A DNA stretch of 64,000 nucleotides. Source: Schizochytrium sp. TIO01 (Eukaryota > Protista > Bigyra: Labyrinthulomycetes). Position numbers and translations under genes: made by a program. Positions 1 through 12,277 of the stretch are shown in pieces; position 1 is the first letter of the stretch; each line of letters begins with the position of its first letter. Where the stretch lies: assembly GCA_004764695.1 (NCBI GenBank), contig SMSO01000035.1, positions 4,290,040 through 4,354,039 of the forward strand. Reading direction: 5' to 3'. The notes under the pieces are model-generated. The model was given only the letters and a program-made list of their open reading frames with translations. It had not been told where the DNA came from and did no database searches.

Positions 1-674
1 CAAAGGTCAAACAGTCCTTTGTAGTATAAAGGTCGCCACTACCATCTTCGTTGCTTTGAAGTTTCCTGAGCAAAGACTCCAGATAGAAATCCTATTGATA
101 CCATCTTCTCACTTCATCTTTGTCAACTCTAGCATTCTGTTTAGGTTTTAGCTTCACGTAATACTAGGTCAGACAGACCTAAATAAATTGCTTCCGTTCT
201 TGAAACTTTTCCAAGGCAACTCAATTAAAGTTCGATCACCTATGTAATACGTTCAGCTACTTGTGTAAACGAATATTGATAAAAATGCGAGCGTGATTTT
301 GCGCATTCCCAACATCATCGTATATTAACAAGAACTTCTTGCCAACTGCGATCTCCTATTCACTCAGAAAATCTACTACGTTTGCGGGTAGTGATTATAT
401 CATTGAATTTAACAAGAACGCACCAAAAGGCATCTTGTTTAGGCCTGTCTTGGGAAGTTTCAAAATCTGAGTGTATCAAATTTGAATACCCGCCAAATCA
501 ATGAAGGAAAGGAGAAGAAAGGGGTTCAAAGGTTCACATACCTACGCCAAACCATCATCCACAGCTTTTCCTTTTTTATGATTACTCTGATAGTTCAATG
601 CAAACGTAGGACTATCTTATTCCTTCCTTTTCTCTTCGCAACTTCGAACTATCATTCTTTCACTTGGTTTGAAT

Positions 675-2357
675 TTAGCTGCTGATTGATGAGGCCGGCT
701 GCTGTGTAGGTACCACGTCCTTGTGTTCATAAGTAATAAGATAATCCGGCATTGATTGATGGGGATCAAACACACCAACGAAACTAGACGGCTCCTCATC
801 CACAAAGGTTTTTGTACGACACATCACTGAATCATATAAAACATTAGCAGGTCCTCTTCTCATTGCAGGAGGGCGAACGCGTCCCTTAAAGCTCGAGACA
901 CTGCACAGGTTCCCACAGGCAACGCGAGCTAGCAAAATTTGTGACTTCTTTTCAGTGAGGAGCCGGTGTGGGTAGTACATGGCACATACATTCGCACGAA
1001 GGCTAAAATGAATCGACCGCCCGATAAAGTTTGACTCTTTGCAAACCCGGGAATCAAAACCTGCTGTTCCTAAACAAATTCCATCTGGGGAGTTTTTACT
1101 CGTGCCGTGGAACAACCAGCGTTCATTCACATTGGAAAAGTTCGGTTTGTATGCAAGGCCATCGCAGAATGACTTGTATCGATAGTCCAGATAAGGGTTG
1201 TGCACCTTTTCAATTTTGGTGATGCAAAGTCGCTGCTTTTGGTTATCCTCTGTTATCTTGATATCTCCATCGTCGAAGCAATCTTTAACAGCGTTCCAGC
1301 GTTTGGAACCCTCAAAAATAGGCAGGTATCTTCCAGGACTGTTTTTCTCAAGATCTCTGCACATTTCCTCGTGAACACAATACTCCCAAAGGTCAGTCCA
1401 TGTAGCTTGATCTGAATTACTCTCCATATGCGCAAGCAAAATATCAATTGCTGGAGGTTCGTTGGGCTTTTGTAAATAACTAGTAGTCCATTGATCTAAG
1501 GCAGGCTCCTTTTTTTGGAAATGCGCACTGCTGTCCCTGTATACTACCTGGTCTTCAAGTGCAGGGTCGCCATACTCGTCACAATCCTGCAAAAGCTGTT
1601 CATCAGATAGAAGGCTGCTGATTTCTACATCTAACATGGAGGATTCTCCGTCCTTTTCGGACGTACAAGTGTTGGCAAACGGATTTTCATTGGAGGCAGG
1701 CCGGACTTTGATCTTGTTTCTGCAGTGTTCGGAGCTTCCCTCCACGGTCTGCACAATTAACACCGCATCAGGATAAAAGTCTACAAGTTGTTCGGCATAT
1801 TTTTTTGCGGTCGGCGTGAGCGATACAACTCCGCCTCCACTGCGAATCACCGCAGCCACAGCGTTTGTTTTGACGTTAAACTCCTGCTCCTTCGGGCCTT
1901 CAGGTTTTTTCGATTCACCGGGCTCCACTTTCACCTCCTTTACGTTCGTCGTAGTCGTTGTCGCCCCCTCAGAGTTCTCTGTTTTAATTTCTTCTCCGCG
2001 GCGCTTTGAAGGATATTGCTGCGAGGTATCCCTTACCTCCAGGAATTTTCTTTTGAGCGGGTTCGTTTGCTTGCTGTTAGACTCCTTCGTCTCCAGCTTT
2101 TCGTCCAGAGGCTGCTGCTCCTTCTTCAGCTGCGGCTGAGACTCCGCGTTGTGTCGTGGTGTGGAGCGGAGGTCCAAGAGGCGATTGTTTATGCCGTCCT
2201 GCTGCATAATCCCAACCGCCATTCTCCGGGGGCAAGCCCCGGCGGCCACCTGAAAGGGGTGCTTACGCAGCCTCGCCTGCGAGGGCCTGCGGCGAGGTCT
2301 CTGGAACTCTCCTCCGTGCGGAAGTAGGTTTGACCTGAAGCCGGTGTAAGCTGTCAT
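675..2357 (-). CDS. PARP/ARTD catalytic-domain protein (mono-ART-like or inactive) with a low-complexity N-terminus
   Basis: The C-terminal ~200 aa show PARP-fold motifs: ITKIEKVHNPYL, NERWLFHGT, GFDSR, ILLARVACG, LYDSV, FVGVFDPHQSMPDYLITY. The first ATG is at 2357; the track start at 2387 is TTG. Confidence 0.85.
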   Translation of the reverse strand: MTAYTGFRSNLLPHGGEFQRPRRRPSQARLRKHPFQVAAGACPRRMAVGIMQQDGINNRLLDLRSTPRHNAESQPQLKKEQQPLDEKLETKESNSKQTNPLKRKFLEVRDTSQQYPSKRRGEEIKTENSEGATTTTTNVKEVKVEPGESKKPEGPKEQEFNVKTNAVAAVIRSGGGVVSLTPTAKKYAEQLVDFYPDAVLIVQTVEGSSEHCRNKIKVRPASNENPFANTCTSEKDGESSMLDVEISSLLSDEQLLQDCDEYGDPALEDQVVYRDSSAHFQKKEPALDQWTTSYLQKPNEPPAIDILLAHMESNSDQATWTDLWEYCVHEEMCRDLEKNSPGRYLPIFEGSKRWNAVKDCFDDGDIKITEDNQKQRLCITKIEKVHNPYLDYRYKSFCDGLAYKPNFSNVNERWLFHGTSKNSPDGICLGTAGFDSRVCKESNFIGRSIHFSLRANVCAMYYPHRLLTEKKSQILLARVACGNLCSVSSFKGRVRPPAMRRGPANVLYDSVMCRTKTFVDEEPSSFVGVFDPHQSMPDYLITYEHKDVVPTQQPASSISS

Positions 2358-4443
2358 TTGTTTCTTCTTTAAAAAGAGAACACCCAAGAGAGGAACAGAA
2401 CGCTACCCTTCTCACGCACACACACCAACAATCGAGCCTCGCGAGTTCCAGGATAGCAGACCAAGCAATCGATGCTCGAGATACGAGACTTGGTCCCTCG
2501 CTGGTCTTTGGTTTTTGCCTTCGGTATTTGCCTTCGCCGTGGCCGTTGCCTTCGTCTTCGTCTTCGTTTTCGTCTCTGGCTGCGGCTCGTATAGAAACGT
2601 GCTTACTAGTAAATTCACTAACAAAGCGAAAAGGTACCGCAATTAAGAATGGTAGCGCAACTATCTTGATTTTGAGGTCTACAAGTATTTCGCAATTGAA
2701 GGGGCCGATTCCGGTTCTGTAGACACAGCATCGCCTTGATAACCGTTATTGGGTCGAAAGTACTCAATATCATGGCTTTTGCTCTTGATTTTAATTGTTT
2801 TGACATTTTAAAAAAATAATTTAAAGCCACTCCTTAAATTTAAAAAAAAAAAAGGATAAAAAATACACCGAATCCCGGCTAACAGTCTAACAGTTTTATT
2901 TATAAGAACACAATGTGAAGCATATATATATATATAGGCCTAGTCATTCTATTGCTCGCTCTCAGCAAAAAAAAAAAAAGGTATCTAACTAATCCCGGGA
3001 ATTTAGCCTCTGCAAGGCGAAGCTGATGCATTCGTTAATTCGCCATGCAAGGATTTAAAGGGACCTCTATTTCGTCGTTGCTCTCATCTAAAATCTGGCA
3101 AAGTCTTGCAGTTTCAGTCACATTTAACTACAGTTTTCCCGCTCATTTGCTTCGAATTTTGCGGAGAAAGACTGAATCATACGTGATTACATTACATCCC
3201 AGACGCTCTCTGGAATTTCTTGGGACTGAAATTTACTCCAGTCAATCTGCAATATAAACATGGATTTTAATTTATTAAACCGATAACCTATCAATGCTTA
3301 ATATATTCAAATATGCTTGAAGACTATGCAAAAAAAATTCAAGCTATCACTATTATCATAGTCTATATTTTTAAGCAACATAAATCTCGTCGTACTCTCA
3401 TTATCAACGTTCTATTTCGAGAGCAGCAATACCAGTAATTCTAGAAAACGAAGGAGCTTGGACTCCTCTAGTCAATAGCTACGGCTTGTTTTAGAGAAAT
3501 AAACTTACACTTAGCTTTATTTGTATTTTAATAAATGTGCGAGGTGGTTGTTCGCCTTACTGCAGCATCATTTGGAAAACTCAGAAGCTATGGAAATTTT
3601 CAAGAATCCATGACCGAAAGCAGGCTAAACACTTTCCTTTAAATTTTGAGAGCATCACTGGCAGTTAAATAAACACATACCCCTCAAGGTCGGTTAAAGT
3701 AAAAAGTTACACACCATCAGTTATACCCGGCTTCTCCCTGCTGTGTTCTCCTCACGACGGCTGGCAAGCGCTCCCGCTCTGAAATGACTCTATAGAGCAT
3801 GAACAGCCCACTTTTAAGTAATAATCAAGGAAAAAGCAAACTTAGATCAATCATGATTTTGGCCAACGTGAGTCAAGGTTCAGAACGATACGTAAGAATC
3901 TATCAATGAAACTTATGTTACCTTAAGGCTACCCACTATTATTATAATTGGAGTTGGTCCTATTGTGCGACTACTTCTACTACTAACCTCGAATGAGCAA
4001 AATCTGGGAGAGTTTTGAAAGAATTGAGCGCTATTTACCAAGACTGCACACTGCTAAAACCATGTCAAGCAGGTAAACTCGTTCGCACCGCTGATGATGT
4101 GGCAGTCCAACGATCGAGAGGCTTAGTTAGCTGCGTTCGTTCGTTCGCCTCGCTACAACCGCTGCGCGACTGCCTACGTCCTTGAATCTGCCAAGATTTT
4201 ATAACCTTGCCAACTAGCTATAAGTGTACCATCACTATCTGTTTGGAGCTCCCAAGTTAAAAAAATATTTTAATGAGCCGTACCTCTATGCATATACTTA
4301 ATGCCACGTGGGTGTATTTGGGCAGACGTTCAAGGCCTGCGTGTTTGCGCTCGTCGATAGCTAATACTGGCGATCATCATCATAACATCGCAATTCGTAC
4401 TCCATGGTGGCTGATTCTGCTGGGTTTGATTTATTTGCGCCGG

Positions 4444-4472
4444 TATGTATGTACGTATGTATGTATGTATGT
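4444..4472. repeat. (TATG)n microsatellite, imperfect
   Basis: tatgtatgtacgtatgtatgtatgtatgt. Confidence 0.9.
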
Positions 4473-7400
4473 AAGGTGCAAGGGTGCCTAGCTAGGTATA
4501 GGTACTACTTATTCATTATTGAGAGCTCGTTGTTGGCGCAGTTTTGGCTTCATATCTCACACGTTGGGCGAACTTTTAGGGGGACCAAACCAAAGAAAGT
4601 ACAGCTGCCAGTAACGAAGCTTGGTCGGAGGTTGGCAGTGCTGTGCTCTGTGCGGGGTTCTGAAAAGCTTTTAGGTTTGTAGGTATGCACGCAAGTTTGA
4701 CAGAGGAATTGTGGCAAGCATCTCAGCTGGCCACATACTACAATTGCAGTCTGGGAATGCACATTCTCATGCAGAACAACTTTGAGCACCGCCGGTCACC
4801 GCTGATGATGCATATCCAAATTGCTATCGCGGAGATCGCTGAGTATCGCCGGGCAGAGCGATCGTCACGCGTGCATTTGTATGCTCAAGTTCTTGACGCA
4901 GAGCAGCCTAGATGCTGATCATTGAGAACCGATGGTTCACCCGTTGGCCATCGCGTTTCCATGGCTCTTAGCGCAGAGTTTCTCTAAACACTGCGCACTG
5001 CGCGTGCTTCTCCGAGCTCCAGCGAGCTTGAAGAACGCATTTGATGACAGCTCATATCTCTGTTCTGGCGGTGCATGCATGTATCATCTTTTGCAATGAA
5101 TCATTCTCCAAGTCCAACTCCAGTAGCGTACACAGCTATAGCGCAGGAGCTCAGGTATAAAGAAAGCTCAAGGCCCAATGCTCAATGCTCAATGCTCCGC
5201 CGTGTCATGGCAAACCTCAAACCTTGGTCTTTAGAGCGTGCATGAGGTGTAAGCAATTAGTACCTTCCGTACCTACTACTTCTTCTGAGTTGGTCAGCGC
5301 CCTCAGTCAATGATGGGTTGTGCACAATCCTCGAAGTGTACGAGCGAAGAGACAAGATTACAGAATCGCTGTAGTTCGTTGATGCCTCGTGCCCGAGGCA
5401 TGAATTGGTACCCACCCACCTACCTATGAGTAGGCTAGCGGCCTCTGAGTCCGTTTTGTTGGAAGGCGAAGAGGCTTGTTGTTGAATAGGATTAGACGAC
5501 AAAGCACTTCGACTGGGCATTAAGTTGCAGGAGGTCAGTGCACCAAGGCAGCTGCGAAGACTCGACCCTGCGATTGCATTCCGGTTTTATTGATGTAACC
5601 TCGTCAACTGCCTCGTTTGTGGTCCGAGATGTGCAAAGCACAGGAAGTCGTGACGATTGCAACACGTGTTCTACTCTAGGCTTGTAGATGCCAAATCACT
5701 GGAGATACCTGTGGAAACACTGCATCACGGCATACTCAGACAAAAAGACCTGAACCAAATGCGTGCAAGCAGTCCACAAACTTGAACTACTAGTTTGGCA
5801 CGAGGTATCGTGGAAAGTCTGTAAAAGCAGAGGCTTAATTTTGCCCCTTTCTTGAAGTTGGGCAACCCGAATAATCATGAGATAAATTTATATCAATTTG
5901 GTAGTACTACTGTATAATACTAGTGTTATAATAAGAGTAGCCCTAGGTACTAGTGTGTGGTCGGTAGCGAGTTCATCGCCAACCCTTGAGCTGACTCACC
6001 AAGGCTTGTGATGCTCATCAGAACCATCTCCTCATGTCTGAGCACGCTGGCGTAGCGAGGACGAGGCTGAAAGATGATTTTGACTTAATTTATTGCTAGC
6101 GACGGCTCGATGGCAGCGTAGTTGGTATCCCTCATGAATTTCTCTTTTTTAAGAGGCTGCTAAACTTTATGTACTTTGATGTCAGTGCTCAGCGCTCCCT
6201 GAGCTCTTTCCAGTAGTGCTGAGCATTGTTGTCTTTGTATTCCTAAAGCGCACGCGGCGGCTGACGGCAGCGAATGTCAGAAATTATGCTTCCGGTTAGT
6301 CACCGCATCAATACTGAAGAGAGTTTTCAAGTTACACTTTAGGCTTTGGCGTCAAAAGTGCCACCCTCGCGTGTCTGTTACTTCAGCAGCGCCTTGGAAA
6401 CACGAGCAGCCAAGAGAACGGTCTGTCAGCAAATCCTAAAGCTAGGCTGGCAAGGTCACGCGAGGTTGACTCATTCGCCGCCTCTTCAGGGTTGAGATCT
6501 TGGTGTCACTGGCGAGATTTGGATTAGCACCAAGGGCGGTGGCACATGCGTTTCAAGCAAAGTAGAACTATTCACTATCACCGCGCGAGCTTCATAGGGT
6601 TTTACTAGCTGGCTAAGACAAATCGACACCTGGTGTGGAACAACCATCAGAAGAAAATAAAGCAGCACATTGGGACTCCTCAAAATCCTAACATTGTCAA
6701 GTCGACGGAATAAACCTCTTCACATATTTAAGTGGCAAACACCACGATTTTACATATATTCTACTAAAACAATTATAGGCATCTACAGGAGAGAGTTTGA
6801 GGTGAATTTTGAGAACATGTGCATGAGACTGTGGATGAGGACACCATCCCTGCCCTAATTTCTAATATTGTACCAATCGCAATAAACAGGATTCACAGAA
6901 GAGAGAATAGCCTTACCCTACTGAGAACCTGGAGCCTATTGCTTCGACCTTTATCAACAAGCAGTGAATTCTTGCTTACCTTGAAATTCCAAGGCTTATC
7001 CTACTCAAACCTTTTCTAAACTTCAGCTGGTTTCTCTCGTACGCCCCAAATATTGTGTAAACGCAGAACATTTGCCGTAAACTTTATATTCTCAGCTGTA
7101 GACTGAAGTGGACCATCTGGGTCATCTACAGAGAGGTTTTGAAGCTAGCCACTTGGCGATTTGTTTTCGCATTTCATTTTACACAGGCTCGGGTATCGTA
7201 AACCCTTCCATCGCATTTCAAAGTAGCGGCACAGCCAGCTCAACCCAAACACCAACCAACCAAGGCGAATTCCTAATTCTTGAGACCCTCGCTAGGCTTT
7301 TCTCATTTTACCTTCACTCAGCCATTCCCCGCCCCGTGGATTCTGTCCTCCAGCTTTACGAGCCGTGTGCCAGAGCGCAATCTCGCAAAATTCAGTCAGT

Positions 7401-7502
7401 CACCAGCTCGAACCCTACTGTGATCACCGAGCAGCCACGCTCAACATACCCGCACCACTTCCAATAAATCCTTCCAAGCTAACCCCCAGGAAGCCAAGGC
7501 AT

Positions 7503-7528
7503 CAAGCAAGCAAGCAAGCAAGCAAGCA
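7503..7528. repeat. (CAAG)n microsatellite
   Basis: caagcaagcaagcaagcaagcaagca. Confidence 0.9.
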
Positions 7529-7978
7529 AACATCTTGACCACATTCGGACTATCACCTCCTCATTCACTCATTCACCCCCCGCATCCCCATTTGCCACAG
7601 AACCCCAGCAGACCGTTCCCGTCCCGTTCCCTCCGCATTCCTCGCGGCACAGCAGGGGAACCCCAGGAACTTGAAGAACCCATTTTCACTCAGCCGGGGG
7701 GTGCGTGCCCGACCTCCTAAGGGCCTCCTACCTTAAACCATAGCCCTGCGGCGAGCTCTCTTCTCACAACAGAGAAAGAGGAACAAAGAGAGAGAGAGAG
7801 AGGAAAAAGAAAGCACGAGCTGGAAGAAGAAAACACAGCGTCGCTGAAGCCCTCGCCCTCTTCTTTAGGCCGCCGTTCGGCCAGCAGGCCTCGCAGGGGC
7901 TGCCCGGAGGCCCTCGCGGAGACGCCGAGAGCCCTTCGGCAGCAGCGGCAGCTGTTTGGGCGAGATCCGCGACGGGCT

Positions 7979-8042
7979 GATCGATTGAGCGATCGATTGA
8001 GCGATCGATTGAGCGATTGATTGAGCGATCGATCGATCGATC
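7979..8042. repeat. 12-bp tandem repeat (GATCGATTGAGC)x4 running into (GATC)n
   Basis: Units at 7979, 7991, 8003 and 8015 (one mismatch), followed by gatcgatcgatcgatc. Confidence 0.9.
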
Positions 8043-8335
8043 TCGCGCCCACAGCTCGGCAGCGTTCTGCGACTTCAGCAGCGCCCACAGCAACCACAGC
8101 GCACCTCACAAAGCAGGCCAGGTTACCCGCAGCCAGTCACCGCAGAGAGGGGAGGCGCGGCCGTTGGCTATCCCGCAGGGGCAAACCGTCCCCGCAGGGC
8201 AAGGTTCGAGGATATCCTGAAGCACGTGCCGCAGAGGATATCCTGGGTTAAGGAGGATATTATTGGAGGTGGAGGATATTCTAGGTTAAGAGCGTCTTGG
8301 CCGCCGAGGAGTTCGCGCGGGGCTCGAGCAAATCC

Positions 8336-11300
8336 ATGCGCTCGCGGCGCCTTCCGCGCGCGCAGAGCCCGACCGCTGCGGCGGCGGCAGCCCCGCACGG
8401 CCGCCGCAGCCGCATAGCTCCGGCAAGGCAACAGCCCGCAGCACCGGCACCCGAACCCAAGGCTGACAAGGCCGGCACGCGCCATCGCCGGCATCGACCT
8501 GAGAGCCCAGGGCCCCATATAAATCATAGCGGTAGCAGCAGAAATTGCGGAGACCGTGGCGCTCGGGTGCCCGCACATCGAGGAAACCCGAACGTAGTGG
8601 AACAGAGGAGTAACAGAGGAGAGGAGTTCGAAGAGGACCTCGAGTTCTGTGAAGAACCAGTGCCCGTGGAACAAGAATTGGAACCAGTTCCCACGAAATC
8701 GCGCATTTTAGAGACCTTGGCAACAACCACCACGTCTTCAACGAAATTGGTAGCTCAAGACGCCGCTTTGGAGACTCTGGCAAAAGCTGGAGGATCTTTG
8801 GCGTGCGGAGAGTTCATAGACGTATTTTCAGCCTCGACTGAGTCGATTTCGTTTGGCTCTGCCACGGCCTCGAGTCGGTCTACATCACCCCAGCTTACGG
8901 AGGTTTCCGACACAGTGTCGCGGGGCTTGGAGACTGGGTCAAGGCCGAGATCGAGGTTAAAATCTGGAGCAGGGTCTGGACAAGGACAAGGACTCAGATC
9001 AAAATTAAGGTTGGAAACTAACTTGCAGGGAGACATCAAGAACTCGCAAAAGTTGAAAGTATCTTCAAGGGCAAGTGGCGAAGGAAGTAATCCTGGCCTC
9101 TCGTGGAGGAACAAAACTTCAAGGAGTTGGAGAAGACGCCGCAGAGCACTGATCCTTGCTCTGGGAAGGAGACTGCGACACATGCCAGCAAAAGAGTCGC
9201 CATCGTCGACAATGGAGAATCAAAGCATGTCAATGCCAAGTGACTCCTCTGTTGGTGGGACTGCAAAAATGCATGCTAAGAATAATCTAAAGTTAGGACA
9301 GCGAAGACCACGTCCAACTGGATTTGGTGATGGAATTGTAAACAAAGACAGTCAGCCACTGGCGCCTACGATGCTTGGTAGGAGACGCAGTGTGTCCATG
9401 TCAGCAGCAGAGAATGATGTCAAAGCATCTCCCTCCACTTCATCATCTATTTCTTCGTCTCCGTCCGCATCACCAAGGTCTTCTACTTCAAGATCACCCA
9501 GATCAGTGGTATCAGCAAATAAGTATCATCAATCTCGTGAAAATTGCAGGAACTGGAGCAACCATGGCAACAATACTATACATAATCACAAAAGGAGTAA
9601 CAGAAATAAAGGCGACAACAACGGTAGTACTGCTCCTAGGGACACAAGACCTGGAATGAATACACTTCCGAGTGAGTGCACCACAGACTGGGATGGCGAT
9701 GAGGATGATAACAGCAGCAGCAGCAGCAACGATATTGATGGCGATGCGAACATTGACGATGGGGATCAAGGGCTCTCGTTCAGTGCTATGGCGTTGGAAA
9801 TGGAGGAAGAAGAGGTGGACGCAAGCTCGTGTCACGAAGCTCAGCAACTTCCCATGCACCTTGATGAAGCCAGGCCAAGGCCTTCGCGCCTTTTACGCGC
9901 CATTGAAGATGGCCAAAGATCTCTTTACGCGTGGAACCAGGCTAAGAATCAGCGCTTGCAGCATCAACACTCCCGAGCTCAACCATCTTCAAGATCACCA
10001 AACCAGCAGCATCACCACCATCAACGATCATCCTCATCATCATCCAAGACTTCGAACACGGTTTCTTATGAAACTTTGGGCTCTCGAAAATCTCTTGATG
10101 CAAGTAGCGGCTCCGCAATGGGCGGGCGCCGTAGCTCAGGCCTTGCAAGTCTTCTTGGAGGTAGCTCACAAGGCTCAACGACAAGTAAGTCTAAGCGTAG
10201 CTCTTCTCTTGCAAGAACAGGAAGCCATCTGCAAAACATTATGGCCGGGATTATGAGCCTTTCTCCTTCGCACAGACGTTTTTCGAGCACCAGCACAACC
10301 TCGAGCGTCCAATCTGCAGGGCTTCTTTCCTCAGGAGGGTCAGCCTTCAGTATCCAGAGCGCATCATATGGTGCATCAGGCGCAACGGGTCTTGGAAGCA
10401 ATAGCAGCAGCGCCAAAACTTTGCCTGCTACGAGGTCATTTACTTATGGATCTCCAACTAGTATGGGCTCAACTGGGGCTCAGTCCCGCAGGGCATCACG
10501 CCATAGCCACAATCGAGGCTCTTCACTGTCAAGTGATCATGGCGAATTTAACCTAGATGACCTAATCCAGCCACTTGGTGGCGGCTCTTGCATGAGTCCT
10601 GTACATGCCTTCGACGAGACGTTGGATCTAAGTTCGAGCGTAACAGAACTTCGTCGCAGCCCACGAAGTGCTGCAGGAGATTTTGAGAATTTCATTGGAA
10701 GCAACTTCAGTACCGCCGCCGCTACCACAATCACCAGCAGCAGTAACAACAGCAACAATGTTCTAGTAGCACGTCGTGGAAGTACCAATGCAGCCTTATC
10801 TACCTCAGCGCCAAATAACAGCGATGCTAAAGATGGATGGGCCCGTCATATTCGGAGTTGGCGGCAACGTCGTCGTCTCCAAGATTGTGAGTTACCCCAG
10901 TTGATTTTTCTTTTCAAATGGTATCCTCAGTTCGCCCGGATGACACTCATTGAGGCAGGAATGACCCCTGAAGGCCTTGCGCTCCGCAAGCCACTATGTA
11001 GCCTTCTGCTCGCCAAACTGTGGAACCGTCCGGAGACTTTTGCTTCACACCGTTGGGCACTGACTAGTCTTCTTGGCCACGCGCTCTTAAAAGAGTTCCA
11101 GGAAAATAAAGATACGCCCCTGCGCAGTACCTCTGTAGCTGCCACTTTGCTTACACAGCTTGTGGCACAGCCTGCATGTGTACAAGCTCTTAAGAGAGCG
11201 ATTCTCCCTGAAATCAACCAAGCTTTAGAACCAGCACAATACTCAGCTTCAAACCCAATCACAGCTGCTGTTCTCGCTGATCGCATACTTGATGCTATTA

Positions 11301-12277
11301 TACAGACAGGATTTCCGGTAGCTATCTATGATGTTTGTCAACAGATTGGCCGCCTGGCTAGATCAGAAAGTGAGCGCATTGCTTTGGTTGGGGGATGCTT
11401 CATCTTCTTGCGTTATGTGAACCCTGCTATCACGGATGCAGCTATTAATGGACCAGGCATTCGCAATAAAACTTTAATGAATGCAGCCCGGCTCTTGCAG
11501 GCTGCATGCTCCCGGGCATCTATAGTGGCAGCCTCAGATGCAGCAGATACCTCAAACCAAATGAAAAAACCTCACTGCAGTTCTGCAGCTACAACGGTTT
11601 GTAAAAACCAAGAAGGTGGTACATTTGCGGCTTCAATAGATGCATACAGAGAGCAAAATTTTTCTGCTGATGAGATCGCTTTCATCGAAAAAGGTATTCC
11701 CAAAATCCGGACACTTATCGCCCAACTTTGCAAAACCTCGCCGTCTATTACTTTCAAACAATCGGTTGCCCGTGCAGAGACCCTGATTGACTTGCATAGG
11801 GCGCTTCGCATCGACCAAGCAGGCGACCCTATCGAAACTTCATGGCGACCTGTGGCCCTCTCCATCGCAGATATGCAATTACTTGCTCGTGCCGCGATCT
11901 ATCTTGCTGAGGGGAATCACCAATTATCTTCTTGTGAGCTCGACTGTGCACAAACGGTAAATCCCGATGTACACCTTTGTAGTTTTCGAGATGCTATCAG
12001 ACCGCGCCTCTCTAATCTCCGTTCATTCGCCGGATCCCAAAAGGACACTGACAATTTATACCTTCAATTGGAGCTCCGATGGGTCCGTGCATCACCTGTT
12101 TCTTTACAATCCATGTCGCCAGATTCTTCGCCACAAAGTTCTGCCCCTTCCTCACCTTCTTCAGACATGAGTGAACCTCCTGAACATCATTCTCTCGAGG
12201 CAGCTCACTTACTGAACCCTGATGAAGAGGCCTCGCGAAATCTCCGACACGCGTATGAAACACTTTTACTTTTGTAA
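8336..12277 (+). CDS. RasGAP-domain protein with a very long Ser/Arg-rich disordered N-terminus
   Basis: PLRSTSVAATLL corresponds to the arginine-finger loop (FRxNS-like) and GGCFIFLRYVNPAI to the RasGAP FLRxxxPA signature, followed by KTLMNAARLLQ. The first ATG is at 8336; the true start is uncertain. Confidence 0.8.
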   Translation: MRSRRLPRAQSPTAAAAAAPHGRRSRIAPARQQPAAPAPEPKADKAGTRHRRHRPESPGPHINHSGSSRNCGDRGARVPAHRGNPNVVEQRSNRGEEFEEDLEFCEEPVPVEQELEPVPTKSRILETLATTTTSSTKLVAQDAALETLAKAGGSLACGEFIDVFSASTESISFGSATASSRSTSPQLTEVSDTVSRGLETGSRPRSRLKSGAGSGQGQGLRSKLRLETNLQGDIKNSQKLKVSSRASGEGSNPGLSWRNKTSRSWRRRRRALILALGRRLRHMPAKESPSSTMENQSMSMPSDSSVGGTAKMHAKNNLKLGQRRPRPTGFGDGIVNKDSQPLAPTMLGRRRSVSMSAAENDVKASPSTSSSISSSPSASPRSSTSRSPRSVVSANKYHQSRENCRNWSNHGNNTIHNHKRSNRNKGDNNGSTAPRDTRPGMNTLPSECTTDWDGDEDDNSSSSSNDIDGDANIDDGDQGLSFSAMALEMEEEEVDASSCHEAQQLPMHLDEARPRPSRLLRAIEDGQRSLYAWNQAKNQRLQHQHSRAQPSSRSPNQQHHHHQRSSSSSSKTSNTVSYETLGSRKSLDASSGSAMGGRRSSGLASLLGGSSQGSTTSKSKRSSSLARTGSHLQNIMAGIMSLSPSHRRFSSTSTTSSVQSAGLLSSGGSAFSIQSASYGASGATGLGSNSSSAKTLPATRSFTYGSPTSMGSTGAQSRRASRHSHNRGSSLSSDHGEFNLDDLIQPLGGGSCMSPVHAFDETLDLSSSVTELRRSPRSAAGDFENFIGSNFSTAAATTITSSSNNSNNVLVARRGSTNAALSTSAPNNSDAKDGWARHIRSWRQRRRLQDCELPQLIFLFKWYPQFARMTLIEAGMTPEGLALRKPLCSLLLAKLWNRPETFASHRWALTSLLGHALLKEFQENKDTPLRSTSVAATLLTQLVAQPACVQALKRAILPEINQALEPAQYSASNPITAAVLADRILDAIIQTGFPVAIYDVCQQIGRLARSESERIALVGGCFIFLRYVNPAITDAAINGPGIRNKTLMNAARLLQAACSRASIVAASDAADTSNQMKKPHCSSAATTVCKNQEGGTFAASIDAYREQNFSADEIAFIEKGIPKIRTLIAQLCKTSPSITFKQSVARAETLIDLHRALRIDQAGDPIETSWRPVALSIADMQLLARAAIYLAEGNHQLSSCELDCAQTVNPDVHLCSFRDAIRPRLSNLRSFAGSQKDTDNLYLQLELRWVRASPVSLQSMSPDSSPQSSAPSSPSSDMSEPPEHHSLEAAHLLNPDEEASRNLRHAYETLLLL

